The notes: generated by a model not told the origin, from the letters alone. A stretch of DNA of 64,000 bases from Malacoraja senta (GCA_038087875.1 JAXLNO010005687.1:62001-126000), one strand, 5' to 3'; positions 23,574-37,374 are shown, numbered from the stretch's first letter. Program-made: numbers and translations.

Positions 23574-23945
23574 AATAGTAAGATTAAACGAGAACTTACC
23601 TAAGTTTGAAGTTTGATCTTTATTTTATTAGGAGTTACGTAGGTGATTACGTGAAGAACCCCGCCAGTGCGCCTGCGCGTCAATCTTCAAAGCAGCGATG
23701 TGAAATCACAAAAAACAACAACCGAAGTAATATAGTCTCATAATAAAATGAGTAATACAAGAACTTCCATCTGACCTTTATGATAGAGGGTAGGGCCATG
23801 GTGTGCACGTAATCACCTACATAATTCCTCATGAAATAAAGATCAAACTTCAAACTTAGGTAAGTTCTCGTTTAATCTTACTATTTTACTTCGGTCATGT
23901 GAGTGACTACGTGAAGATTTTAAAGCTTTGTGATTTCATGCCGTA
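23574..23945. mobile_element. Non-coding element with 80-bp inverted repeats and internal complementary segments (DIRS-like remnant)
   Basis: 23574-23653 is the reverse complement of 23806-23885 (4 mismatches). 23880-95 is complementary to 23721-36, and 23903-17 repeats 23643-57. The TAAGA...ACTTACC end motif is recalled from vertebrate DIRS ITRs. It interrupts a CR1 tail. Confidence 0.6.
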
Positions 23946-23997
23946 GATCAATCCCGGCTTCTCACTGCATTGATTGACTCGGAACGAGAATAATCAA

Positions 23998-24545
23998 TCA
24001 TGCCACCCCAACAGTGCTCAAACAGGAGTACTTATTGTCAAGGTGTACAGCCACCGGGGTACTCTCTAGTCCCTGCCTGTGCCCCTTGCCTCTCCCAACC
24101 GTGATCCACTTGCCTGCCTCCTGTGGTGTTGGAGTGACCACATCCCTGTAACTCCTCTCAATGACTTCCTCGCTCTCCCTGACCAGACGGAGGTCATCGA
24201 GCTGCTGCTCCAGGTTCCTAATACGGTCCATTAGGAGCCCCATCTCGATACACCTGGCGCAGATGTGGACGTCTGGAGGGCTATCAGACTCCATGACTTC
24301 CCACATCTGACATCCAGAACAGTAAACTGCCCTGGCCCTCATAATCCCCTTACCCTGGATACAATACATCTGACATCCAGAACAACAAACTGATACAATA
24401 TAAAACAAACTGCTACAATACAGTACAATCAGCAGGGATCTGACTCCCAATCAGCTGCACCCTCTTGTCTGCGTCCACCAATCAGCGGCTTCCTCAAACC
24501 CACTTGTTTTTGAAGTGGAACTTGGAACGTTACAGATTTAGGTTC
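23998..24545 (-). mobile_element. CR1 5' region: ORF1 N-terminus plus 5' UTR
   Basis: MRARAVYCSGCQMWEV...HICARC...RIRNLEQQLDDLRLVRESE...VVTP matches the Zn-finger/leucine-zipper start of CR1 ORF1. Confidence 0.75.
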
Positions 24546-25054
24546 CTTTTTAACTCCTACCGCTCGTGTGTAGCTCCTCCCTCTGCGATCTCTCCAACGG
24601 CTCTTTGGGCCTCTGTAAGGAACAAGCCCCGCGCTCCTTTTTATCTCCTACCGGTCTTGTGTAGCTCCTCCCTCTGCGATCTCTCCAACGGCTCTTTGGG
24701 CCTCTGTAAGGAACAGGCCCCGCGCTCCTTTTTAAGTCCTACCGGTCGTGTGTAGCTACTCCCTCTGCGACCTCTCCAACGGCTCTCGGGCCTCTGTAAG
24801 GAACAAGCCCCGCGCTCCTTTTTAAGTCCTACTGCTCGGGTGTAGCTCCTCCCTCTGCGACCTCTCCAACGGCTCTCGGGCCTCTGTAAGCAACAAGCCC
24901 CGCGCTCCTTTTTAAGTCCTACCGCTCGGGTGTAGCTCCTCCCTCTGCGACCTCTCCAACAGCTCTCGGGCCTCTGTAAGCAACAAGCCCCGCGCTCCTT
25001 TTTAAGTCCTACCGCTCGGGTGTAGCTCCTCCCTCTGCGACCTCTCCAATGGCT
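24545..25054. repeat. 90-91 bp tandem repeat, ~5.5 copies
   Basis: Unit starts (tcctac) at 24555, 24646, 24737, 24827, 24917 and 25007. Confidence 0.95.
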
Positions 25055-25653
25055 ATCTTCTCCAAAATACTTAACATTAAATTGGAACCAGATATAAAAC
25101 GGATCACTTTAGGTATGTCAGATGCCTGCTCTAAATTAACGATATTCCAAAGACGTTTCCTCAACTATGGCCTCATAACGGGGAAAAAATTAATACTCAA
25201 ATTCTGGAAACAGATAACAGTCCCTACAGTGAAGATGTGGATTACTGATGAGTCCGATACACTACATTTGGAAAATATTGGGCTTGTCTTGGCGGGAAAA
25301 GCAGATCAATTTCTTAAGACATGGTTCCCTTTTACTGAATTTCTGCAACAACAGAATGGTTAAACACAAATTTAAACCTGATGCCAGGGATAGGTGAGGG
25401 GGGAAGGTATATTTCCATCTTTTTTTTTCTTATTTCTTTTCTTTTCTCTTGCACTTCTTTGGAACCTTAGGGTCTATTTTCTAGCTTGTTCTTATTTTAC
25501 TTCTCTTTCGTCATTCTTTTCTTTTTTCTCTCTTTTTTTTTGATTTAGGTTCTAACGTTAAAAATGAAGCTGTACAATAATTGTATAAGTGTTATGTCGA
25601 TTGCCTTATCCTTGTACAATCGCTTCTAATAAAAGAAATTCAAAAATAAAAAA
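25055..25653 (+). mobile_element. L1-clade LINE 3' fragment
   Basis: ORF 25049-25363 (KKLILKFWKQ...PTVKMW...FLKTWFPF) is homologous to the L1 at 28877-30878. AATAAA and an A-rich tail lie at ~25628-25653. Confidence 0.75.
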
Positions 25654-25724
25654 CCCCACTAAAGCTGCCTTTGGTTTCAAACCGCTAAAGCTGCCTTTGG
25701 TTTCAAAACGCTAAAGCTGCCTTT

Positions 25725-26652
25725 AGACAATAGACAATAGACAAGAGACAATAGGCCATTTGGCCCTTCGAGCCAGCACCGCCATTCAATGTGATCATGG
25801 CTGATCATCCCCAATCAGTACCCCGTTCCTGCCTTCTCCCCATATCCCTTGACGCCGCTATTTTTAAGAGCCCTATCTAGCTCTCTCTTGAAAGCATCCA
25901 GAGAAACTGCCTCCACCGCCCTCTGAGTCAGAGAATTCCACAGGCTCACCACTCTGTGAGAAATAGTGTTTCCTCGTCTCCGTTCAAATGGCTAACTCCT
26001 TATTCTTAAACTGTGGCTTCTGGACTCCCCCAACATCGGGAACATGTTTCCTGCCTCTAGCATGTCCAAGCCCTTAACAATCTTATATGTTTCAATGAGA
26101 TCCCCTCTCATCCTTCTAAACTCCAGAGTGTACAAGCCCAGCTGCTCCATTCTCTCAGCATATGACAGTCCCGCCATCCCGGGAATTAACCTTGTAAACC
26201 AACGCTGCACTCCCTCAATAGCAAGAATGTCCTTCCTCAAATTAGGGAACCAAAACTGCACACAATACTCCAGGTGTGGTCTCACTAGGGCTGTGTACAA
26301 CTGCAGAAGGACCTCTTTGCTCCTATATTCGATTCCTCTTGTTATAAAGGCCAACATGCCATTCGCTTTCTTCACTGCCTGCTGTACCTGCATACATACT
26401 TTCATAGACTGATGTACAAGGACCCCCAGATCCGTTGTACTTCCTTTTCCCAACTTGACGCCATTTAAATAGTAATCTGCGTTCCTGTTTTTGCTACCAA
26501 AGTGGGTAACCTCACATTTATCCACATTAAACTTCATCTGCCATGCATCTGCCCACTCCCCCAACCTGTCCAAGTCACCCTGCATTCTCATAGCATCCTA
26601 TCACAGTTCACACTGCCACCCATCTTTGTGTCATCTGCAAATTTGCTAATGT
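25725..26652 (-). mobile_element. CR1 LINE 3' part
   Basis: ORF 25992-26591 (LVRPHLEYCVQFW, RGDLIETYKI) and a (caataga)n tail. Confidence 0.9.
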
Positions 26653-27663
26653 TAGAAACATAGACACATAGAAAATAGGTACAGGAGGAGGCCATTCGGC
26701 CCTTCGAGCCAGCACCGCCATTCATTGTGATCATGTCCCCTATCAATAACCCATGCCTGCCTTCTCCCCATATCCCTTGACTCCACTAGCCCCTAGAGCT
26801 CTATCTAACTCTCTCTTAAATCCATCTAGTGACTTGGCCTCCACTGCCCTCTGTGGCAGGGAATTACATAAATTCACAACTCTCTGGGTGAAACTTTTTT
26901 CTCACCTCAGTCTTAAATGACCTCCCTTTATTCTAAGACTGTGGCACCTGTTTCTGGACTCGCCCAACATTGGGAATATTTTTCCTGCATCTTGCTTGTC
27001 AGTCTTTTTATAATTTTATATGTTTCTATAAGATTCCCCCTCATCCTTCTAAACTCTAGTGAATACAAGCCTAGTCTTTTCAATCTTTCCTCATATGACA
27101 ATCCCACCATCCCAAGGATCAATCTCTTGAACCTACGCTGTACTGCCTCAATCACAAGGATGTCCTTCCTCAAATTAGGAGACCAAAACAGTACACAATA
27201 CTCCAGATGTGGTCTCACCAGACCCCTATACAACTGCAGAAGAACCTCTCTACTCCTATACTGAAATCCTCTTGTTATGAAGGCCAACATTCCATTAGTT
27301 TTCTTCACTGCCTGCTGTACCTGCACGCCAACTTTCAGTGACTGGTGTACAAGGACGCCCAGGTCTCGCTGCACCTCCCCCTTACCTAACCCAACCCCAT
27401 TGAGATAATAATCTGCCCCCTTGTTTTTGCTGCCAAAGTGGATAACCTCACATTTATCTATATTATACTGCATCTGCCACGCATCTGCCCACTCACTCAA
27501 CCTGTCCAGGTCACCCTGCAACCTCCTAACATCCTCTTCACAGTTCACACTGCCACCCAGCTATGTGTCATCCGCAAACCTGCTAGTGTTGCTCCTAATT
27601 CCCTCTTCCAAATCATTAATATATATGGTAAACAATTGCGGCCCCAACACCGAGCCTTGCGGC

Positions 27664-30600
27664 CAGTGGCGGACTGGCCAGGGTATCAGCTTGCCCGATG
27701 GCAATTGGGCCCCTGATGAAGTGCCCCCCCCCCTATATCAAATAAAAATGCAATAAACAAACAAACACAGATAACTGTTTTAGTAATAAAAAGGAATAAG
27801 ATGTATCTGGCAGCTAGAATTACACTGAAAGTTTAATTTTAAAAATATCCACAGTATCAACAGGGATGAACTACTTTTGAGTTAAAATTAGTCACAAAAA
27901 TTTACATTCATTCAATCTCACAGGACTTATCTTATAATAATTACTTACAATATTCTCTGATTTTACCGCTCCAGTGTGATTTTTAATTCTTTGAAAAGGT
28001 TCTCCCAATACTTAAATGACACCAAATAATAATATACTCCCAAAAAATTTCGGTTGGCAAGTGAGAAAATTTTGTATCAAAGATTTGTCCGTATTTTTGT
28101 CACACACACTTGAAAAGCCTCAGCCTGCCCCCCCCCCCCCCCCCCTTATTGAAGAGATGTTTTTAATTTTTAGTTTTTGTATATGTATAAAAGATCATTG
28201 TTGCATATAACTTCTTGTTGCATCATTCACCAGGCGGCCAGACGTGGCGTGGCTCCTTTACCATTCTTTTTATATAGTTTTTCAAGGATCGTAAAAAAAA
28301 TTATCGGTAAACAATATCCAAATCAGCTACATGTGAGTTCAAATTTAGATATTAGAAAAACGTAATTGTTACACCAGGGTAGGCTCCAGTTATCCATAGT
28401 AATTATCTGGTTATCAGTGACTGCATTGAAAATATTATATGAAAAGTTAATGAAGCCTGTTCTTCAGCATATGTGCTTAAACATAAGTTATTGTTAAAGC
28501 TATGTGAGAGGTATTATCAATATTCAGGATTTTTTCATGTATATATTCTTGTGAATCATTGTTCTCAGTGATGAACATTAAGTATCGTAAAAGTAATAGC
28601 CTTACAGATGAAACTAGTAGTGCTTGCATATCTCTCAAGGTTAACAAATATAAACCGGATATAAAATATGTGTCATCAGCGATGCAGCAGCAGGACTCAT
28701 TGATGCTAAATGTATAAAACGTCCACAATTATTATTCGGTATGTGCTTAAAGGTAATTATCTGTGAGCGACTACTTTCAGTTGTGCCAAGTAATGATGGT
28801 ACAGGACAGGGACTTTTTGATCTATTGATTGAAACATTACAGCATCTTAAAATTGACCCCCAAAAATGTTTATCTGTATTATGTTTAACTATATTACAAA
28901 GTTAGAAACTAGTATTCCAAATCTATTAAATCTAATAACACAATTTGGTCAGTTCTCAGGATATAGGATTAATTGGAATAAAAGTGAAATTATGCCAATA
29001 ACAAAATTCAACTTAAATACAATACAACAATCCCCTTTTAAAATAGTTAAAGATAAACTTAAATATTAGGAATCTATTAACTAAGACATATACCTCTTTA
29101 TTTAAACAAAATTTTCCATCCTTACTTAATAAATTACACAAACATATTCAGTACTGGAAAACACTTCCTATTTCAATGCTTGGTAGAATTAATGCTATAA
29201 AAATGATTTTCTTACCGCAACTACTATATTTATTTCAATTAATTCCGATATATATTCCAAAAAAACGTTTTCAAAAAAGTCGACTCCATTGTTTCAAGCT
29301 TTATTTGGGATTATAAGAATCATAGAATAAGTAAAAAACATTTATGGAAGTCAAAGAGCAACGGAGGTTTGGCCTTGCCAAATTTATTATTTTATTTTTG
29401 GGCAGTCCATATTAAAAACATGAATTTCTGGCTGGAAGAAATGGACCAACAACCAGAATGGTTAAGGATGGAAAAGGAAGACTGTTTACCTTTTGAAATA
29501 GGTTCGATTATATTTGCTACCACAAAATTGCATTAAAAAACCTATAAGGAAACCCTATAATACATAGTGGAATACGAATTTGGAAACAATTAAAAAGGCT
29601 TTAAAACTGAATAATATACCACTATGCCTTCCCATTGTAAATAATCCTCTATTCAAGCCATCCATATTGGATAGAGGTTTTATACAATGGAAAAATCAGG
29701 GAATTAAAAGGATTGGACATCTTTATAGGGAAGGCATCTTTCTGTCATTTCAAGAATTACAACAGAATCATGGACTACACTCAAATAACTTTTTCAGATA
29801 TTTACAAATTAGAGATTATGTTAAATCCAATACACAAGTTTATAGGACTAGGGAACCAGAAATTCTTGATGAATGTTTGAATACGCATCCTAACACTGAA
29901 AAATTAATAGCTTATATTTATAACATTCTCCTAAATAATGAGGAACCACCGATGGAACTATATATACATAAATGGGAAAATGAGTTAGGTTATCCTATTA
30001 CGAAAGATATTTGGGACGAAAGTTTACAACATATACATCAATGTTCGTTAAATGCCAGACATGCTTTAATACAATTTAAAGTCTTACACAGATTACATTA
30101 TTCCAAAATAAAACTAAATAGAATTTTCCCACATATTTCTCCTATATGTGATAAATGCCTGCACCTAGAGGCCAATTTAACACATACCTTTGCAAATTGT
30201 ATAAACATTAAAAATTACTGGACTGATATTTTTCAAATAATCTCTGAAGTTGTTAATACCAAATTGGCTCCAGACTCAAAATTAATAATACTTGGGATAT
30301 CAGAACAAAGTTTAACACTCACAACAAGCCAAAGAAACTTCCTTGACTACAGTATAATAATGGGAAAAATTAATATTAAAATTCTGGAAAGGCCCTACAA
30401 CCCCCACAATTAAAATGTGGATTGTGGAAATGTCGGAGACCCTACATCTAGAAAGAATTAGACTTGTCTTAATGGACAAGCAAGAACTTTTGTTAAAATA
30501 TGGGCTCCATTCATTGCCTATTTGAAGGGATAGAGTGGCCCAGCGCGAAAGCCCGACTGAAGCTTGAACTCAGGATTAGATGTAATTATATTTCATAACC

Positions 30601-32719
30601 TACGAACTTATCTCCTATGACGTATTATAGTTATTCATTCCACCTCTTTTTCTTTTTTGATATTGTAATTCTTCTTTCTCTCTTTTCTTTCTTCTTTCTC
30701 TCTATTTTTCTTTTTCTATCTATATAAAAAAAAAACACTAGAAGCAGAATAACTGACAATTGACAAATTTAATAATGTATGAGTGATTGATGTATATGAA
30801 AAGTTTTTTCTTCTATTATAATATGTTACTCTACATTGTAATATGTTTGCTTCTAATAAAAATTTATATCACAAAAAAAAAAATGTTTATCTGATAGCAC
30901 AGATGGCGCTGCAAGCTACTATGGCCAGTATAATGGTTTACAAAGTAAAATTGCTGATGTGGCTGATCAACATGTTCATATACAATACAATACAATACGG
31001 TTTTATTCGTCACATTGCACATAAAGTGCAAGTGAAATGGTGCTATGCCCATGTCTTGAATTTGGTGATAACTGAAACAACAAATGTTGTGAGCCTGCAG
31101 TTTCTTTTTTCAATTTGCTCCAGAATAGAGCAACTTTTGTGAAAGCATCATACAAGAGAATGGCTGTATGGATAGAAGTTGTTGGAAAACATCTAGGATA
31201 AGAAAAAAATGAAACGATTAAAGCTATTGGTGAGACCAGATGGTCAGGAAAATCCAATGCAGCAACAACTATATTTGGAAGTTTTGATGATGCCGCTGCC
31301 AGTACTTTCGTAAATCTATTGACATGATTATCAATGATACAAGATTCAGAAAAGTTTGATGCAAAAACAAAACATGAAGCAAATGTTTTACTTCAAAGTC
31401 TTCTAAAGTTTGAAACCATATTGACAGCATTTATTTACTTGTATATATTTGAAACTACAACCCCGTTATCAAGTTATCTACAGACAAGTGGGTTAGATAT
31501 GTTTACTGCATGGAGTTTGGTAGATTCAGCTACAACAAAGTTGAAGGAACAGACAAGAACATTTAATAACGTTCACAGCAAGGCTTTGGAATTTGTAAAG
31601 AAATGTAATGACAGGATTTCACAGATGAATATGGATGAAAATCAAACATTGGAAATTATTGCGTTGAAACAGCATTGCCAGTTAAGAGGCAGAGGAAGAA
31701 GAAAATAATGGCAGATGAGCTTATTGATGATAAAAAAAAATCCTCAGATTCTCTAGCTGATTTTTGAGTAAATGTGTTTAACCCAATAATGGATCGCATT
31801 GTCCAGTCACTAGAATCACGCTTTGTACAACACAAACAGTTGTATAAAGATTTGTCCTGCTTGGACCCAGCAAAGTTTAAAACTATTGCAGAGAAGGGCC
31901 TTGAAGATGAAGCATTGGAAGGTATTATTAAGCTGTTTCCACAAATCAGCAAAGATCAAGTAATATTGGAATTGTTTTCTTTTGCTTCAAACTTTGATGT
32001 ATTAAAGTTGCTTAATGATGGTGAGAATATGGATTCCAGTTGCAACAATTGTAAAATGTGCAGCACTTTCCCATCGAGTGTACTAAACATTCTGGCATCC
32101 AACAGACTTCATGACAAGGCATATGATAACCTTTATCAACTTTATAAAGTCATCTGCACACTATCAGTTACTCAAGTCCAATGTGAGAGGACATTTTCAA
32201 AGCTAAAGATCATAAAGACAAGGTTAAGAAATTCGCTGTCTGAGGAGAATTTGGAATCATACATGTTGCTAACCATTGAAAAGGAATTGTTAGATGAATT
32301 GGATGCAGAAGCAATTATTGGCAGATTCGCACAATCATCTAGCGAACACAAACGATTGCTCTTAATATAGTGGACTGCATGCAATGCTCTATTGTGCTTT
32401 TCAACTATCTGTTAATGTGTAAATTGTGCAGTAAATTATTTTAAAATATCAACCAATTACTTAAAATTTAAAAAAAAAAAAATTATAACATTCTATATTT
32501 ACATTCGGTATCTACTGCCAGTAATATGTACAGTACATGTACACTGTAATTACTAAGAACCATTTTTTTCACAAAAATTTTAAATTGTACCCTTTTTTCC
32601 ATATGTATTTTTTGAAAATATTATTTATTCGTTATGAAAATTAAATGATAGCATTGTAGTTGTGGGTGGGCCCCCTTTGTCTCCTGGCAACCAATATTTT
32701 TAGACCCAGTCCGCCACTG
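27664..32719 (+). mobile_element. Full-length but decayed hAT DNA transposon (ZMYM1-like/Tip100-type transposase)
   Basis: 14-bp TIRs (cagtggcggactgg) and a perfect 8-bp TSD CTTGCGGC (27656-63, 32720-27). Transposase remnants include DSTDGAAS, WCYAHVLNL, ETRW and the dimerization domain CERTFSKLKIIKTRLRNSL (31774-32370). Confidence 0.93.
28877..30878 (+). mobile_element. 5'-truncated L1-clade LINE inserted in the hAT transposase
   Basis: ORF2 C-terminal pieces (FGQFSGYRINWNKSE; HRLHYS...CDKC...HTF) and poly(A). A 15-bp TSD AAAAATGTTTATCTG lies at 28862-76 and 30879-93. Confidence 0.9.
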
Positions 32720-34904
32720 CTTGCGGCACTCCACTCGCCACTTACTGCCATTCTGAAAAGGACCCGTTCACTCCTACTCTTTGCTTCCGGTCTGCCAACC
32801 AATTTTCTATCCATGTCAACACCTTACCCCCAATACCATGAGCTCTAATTTTAGTCACCAGTGTCCCGTGCGGGACCTTATCAAATGCTTTCTGAAAGTC
32901 CAGGTACACTACATCCACTGGCACCCCTTCATCCATTTTACTTGTCACATCCTCAAAAAATTCCAGAAGATTAGTCAAGCATGATTTCCCTTTCATAAAT
33001 CCATGTTGACGGACTAATCCTTTTACTGCTATCCAAATGCCCCATTATTACCTCTTTAATAATTGACTCCAGCATCTTTCCCACCACCGAAGTCAGGCTA
33101 ACTGGTCTGTAATTCCCTGTTTTCTCTCTCGCTCCTTTCTTGAAAAGTGGGATAACATTAGCTACCCTCCAATCCACAGGAACTGATCCTGAATCTATTG
33201 AACATTGGAAAATGATCACCAATGCATCCACTATTTCTAGAGCCACCTCCCTGAGGACCCTGGGATGCAGACCATCAGGTCCAGGGGATTTATCATCCTT
33301 CAGTCCCATTAGCCTACCCAATACTATTTCTCGCCTAATGAAAATTTCTTTCAGTTCCTCTACCCCCTTAGATCCTCTGTCCTCCAGTACAGCTGGGAGA
33401 TTGTTTGTGTCTTCCTTAGTGAAGACAGATCCGAAGTACCTATTCAACTCTTCTGCCATTTCCTTGTTGCCCATAATAATTTCACCCGTGTCTGCCTTCA
33501 AGGGACCCACATTTGACTTTGCTACTCTTTTTCTCTTAACATCTTTAAGCTTCTTTACTCAATACTCTGACTGATGAAGGACAAAGTGCCAAAATATTTT
33601 TTGACCACCTAATATACCAGCGACTCAACCTTCAAGGAACCATGCAACCATCAACCATTCCTCTGCCCACCTGGCTAATTGATCGAGATCCTGCTGCAAT
33701 CTTTCACAACCATTTTCACTATTTGCAAATCCACTCACTTCTGTATCATCAGCAAACTTGCTAATCTTGCCCTGTTCTGTGACGTTTCACAGAGTGCTGG
33801 AGTAACTGAGTGCTGGAGTAATATTGCGAGGTCAGGCTGAGTACAGAAGTTGGGAGGTCATGTTGCAGTTGTATAAGAAGTTGATGAGGCCGCATTTAGA
33901 GTATTGTATTCAGTTCTGGGCACCATGTAATAGGAAAGATGTCATTAAACTGGAAAGGGTACAGTGAAGATTTACGAGGATGTTGCCTCAGGACTAGAGG
34001 GCCAAGCTATAGGGAGAGGTTGAGTAGGCTGGTACTCTATTTCATGGAGCACAGGAGGATGAGGGATGATCTAATAGAGGTGTATAAAATCATGATTTGA
34101 ATAGATATGGTTGAGTCTTTTGCGCAGAGTAGGTGAATCGGGGAGCAGAGGACATAAGTTCAAGGTGAAGGGCTAAAGCTTTAATAGGAATCTGACAGGT
34201 ATATTTTTCACACAAAGGGTGGTAGGTGTATGGAACAAGCTGCCAGAGGAGGTACAGACAGGGACTATCGCAAAATTTAAGAAACACTTAAACAGGTATA
34301 TGGATAGGACATGTTCGGAGAGATATGGATCAAATGTGGACAGGAGGGACTAGTGTAGATGGGACATGCTGGGCCGAAGGGCCTGTTTCCACACTGTATC
34401 TCTCTATGACTATCTATCTTTCCCTCTCAAACCCATTCTCCTGCCTTCTCCCCATTACCTCTGACACCTGTATCAATCAAGAATCTATCAATCTCCTCCT
34501 GAAAAGTGTCCATTGACTTGACCTCCACAGCTGTCTGTGGCAATGAATTCCACAGTTCACCACCTTCTGACTTAAGAAATTCCTGCTCATCTTCTTCCTA
34601 AAGGAATGTATTTTAATTCTGAGGCTGTGGCCACTGGTCCTAGACTCTCCCACTAGTGGAAACATCCTCTCCACATCCACTCCATCCAGGTTTTTACCAG
34701 GCTGGGACAGACGGCAACAGCTTCACACCGTGTCCCAAAGCTTGTGTCCTGTCCTGCTTCACCCAGGCAGCAGAGACGTTATAGGAGAGGGCAAGCACCG
34801 TCACAAAGTAGCTCACGATGGTTTGGGTAACATTCAGGAATGTCTATGCATGTCACATCATGAATATAACTGAAGAAGGGTCTTGACACGAAATATAATC
34901 TATA

Positions 34905-35150
34905 CCTTTTCTCCAGAGATGCTGCCTGACCCAGTGATTTGCTCCAGCACTCTGTGAAATGTCACCTATCCATGTTCTCCGCAGATGCTGCCTGACTCAC
35001 TGAGTTACTCCAGCGCTCTGTGACATGTCACCTATCCATGTTCTCCAGAGATGCTGCCTGACCCACTGAGTTACTCCAGCACTCTGTGACATGTCACCTA
35101 TCCATGTTCTCCACAGTTGCTGCCTGACCCGCTGAGTTACTCCAGCACTT
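34905..35150 (+). repeat. 66-bp tandem repeat derived from the Penelope-type short repeat (~3.7 copies)
   Basis: Unit starts at 34918, 34984, 35050 and 35116. Confidence 0.9.
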
Positions 35151-37374
35151 TGTGTCTATTTTCCCTTCAGCCATGTGCCCAAGCCCACTCTCCCCTCTCC
35201 TTTCCTATGTTCCTTTCCACCCATAAACCTATCTGTACCTTTACATTTCACTCCTCTTTCAAATCTGCTCTACTTATCTACATGCATTTTTCTTCTTAAC
35301 TTTTTAGTCATAGAATGATGCAGTGTGGAAACAGGCCCTTCAGCCCAACTTGCCCACACCGACCAACATGTCCCATCTAAACTAGTCCCACTCACACGCG
35401 TCTGGCCCATATCCATGTAAACCTCTCCTATCCATGTACGTGTCCAAATGTCTCTTAAACATTAGGATAGTCCCAGCCTTAACTACCTCCTCTGGCAGCT
35501 TGTTCCATATACCCACCACCCTTTGTGTGAAAAAGCTACCTCTCAGATTCCTGTTAATTTCTGAAATATTGGTCATGAATTTGATGCAAAAATGCTCCAA
35601 AATAAGGCTTAGAATGCATCAGAGAGCATCTAAAACCCCTGGACCCTGGCATCGAGGGACTTCACACTTCACGCTCATGATGTGCACAGCGCGCACATTA
35701 TTTCACATTACAATCATGCACAGCGCGCACATTATTTCACATTACAATCTTTTTGTGATCCTGTCATGCCACCCCCCTTTTTGAAAAGCTTCGTACGGGA
35801 CTGAGTTAGGAAGGCATGTTGGTGCTTTACAGGTCATCAGCCACTGTGTAGCACTGGGAGATGGTACTGATGAGTACAGTTTAGTCCTGGCACAGCAGTG
35901 TGTACTGATAGGGACAGATCTATCACTGCATAACAGAGAATGCTGGAGAAACTCAAGAGGTCAGGCAGCATCTGTGGAGGGAATGGACAGACAACATTTT
36001 TAGTTGGGACTATTCTTCACACTGATTGTAGTATGGGGGAAGAAAGCTGGAAAAGAAAGCTGCCGTCCAAAAACGAAAACTTGAATAAGCCCTTGATATA
36101 AGCCTGGCCGATTGTTTCACTGAACACCTTCACTCATTCCGCCTGGACCTACCTGATCTCCCGGTTCCCAAACACTTTACTTCCCCTTCCCATTCCCACA
36201 CTGACCTTTCAGTCCTGGGCCTCCTCTTTTGTCAGAGTGAGGCCAAACGCAAATTAGAGGAACAGCATCTCATATTTCACTTGGGCAGCTTACAACCAGT
36301 GGTATGAATATTGAGTTCTCTGACTTCGTAATCCCTGCATTCCCTCTCTCTCCATCCCTCCCCCACCCAAGTCGTACCAGCTTCAAAGTCCCTTCTCACC
36401 TAACAAACAGCTAACAATGGCCTGTTTTCTTTATCATCATTACTTTTGTGCAAATCTTTTATTGATTTGATCTATAGCTCTCTACATCACCGTCTATATC
36501 TCCCTTCCCTTTCCGCAGTCTGAAGAAGGGTCTCAAACCGAAATGTCACCTTTTCTCCAGAGATGCTATCTGACCAGGTGAGTTACTCCAGCTTTTTGTG
36601 TCTATCTTCAGTGTAAGCTATAGCTTGCAAAAGGGTGGTTAATAAATATGATGTGAATGCTGCAGTGGGATTAAACAATGTCGACAATTGATGCGTAACT
36701 GACAGGAAGCAAAACTTTTTGTAAAATATCTCCTTTGTTCTGGAGGTCCATAACAATGTTGTCACTGCCCCTGTAGCATCTGGTGCCCTCTTGTGGTCAA
36801 AGTTACAGTAATCTGGCGGTTGCTGTCCACAGATATTTTATTACAAATTTGGAACAACAAAATTGATGCTGAGTCTCATCCCGGAATGTCAATAATTTCC
36901 TCCCTCCCCACAGATGCTGCTCGACCGCTGAGTTCCCCTAGGCTCCAGCAGTTTGTTTGTTGCTCCAGATTATGAGAGGCGTAGACAGTCAGAACCATTT
37001 CACCAGTTTGGAAATGCTCAACTTTAGAGGCCAGAGCTAGAAAGTGAAAAGGGGAAGGTTTAATGGAGAAGTAGAGGGCATGTTTCTTTATACAGTGGGC
37101 GGGCGGGGGGGGGGGGGGGTGGAACGCACTGTATGGGTGGTGGTAGTGCAGATATGATAGTCGGATTTAAGAGACTTTCAGATAGGCACATGGAAGTGCG
37201 GGGAATAATAATGAATTTTATTTATGGGCGCCTTATACCGAGGTCTCAAGGACACCTTACAGAGATTTATGGTTAACATATAATCAGAATTTAAAAAATA
37301 AGTTATAAAGGCCAATATACAAATCAGGGACAGAATTCCTTCCAAAAACACAAAAAAGAAAATCAGACCATTTT

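Larger units (their letters stand above)
26653..33545 (-). mobile_element. CR1 LINE split in two by the hAT insertion (26653-27663 and 32720-33545)
   Basis: The RT motif SGVPQG|SVLGPQL is continuous across the 8-bp TSD. ORFs 26928-27548, 32742-32996 and 32971-33510. Confidence 0.9.
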
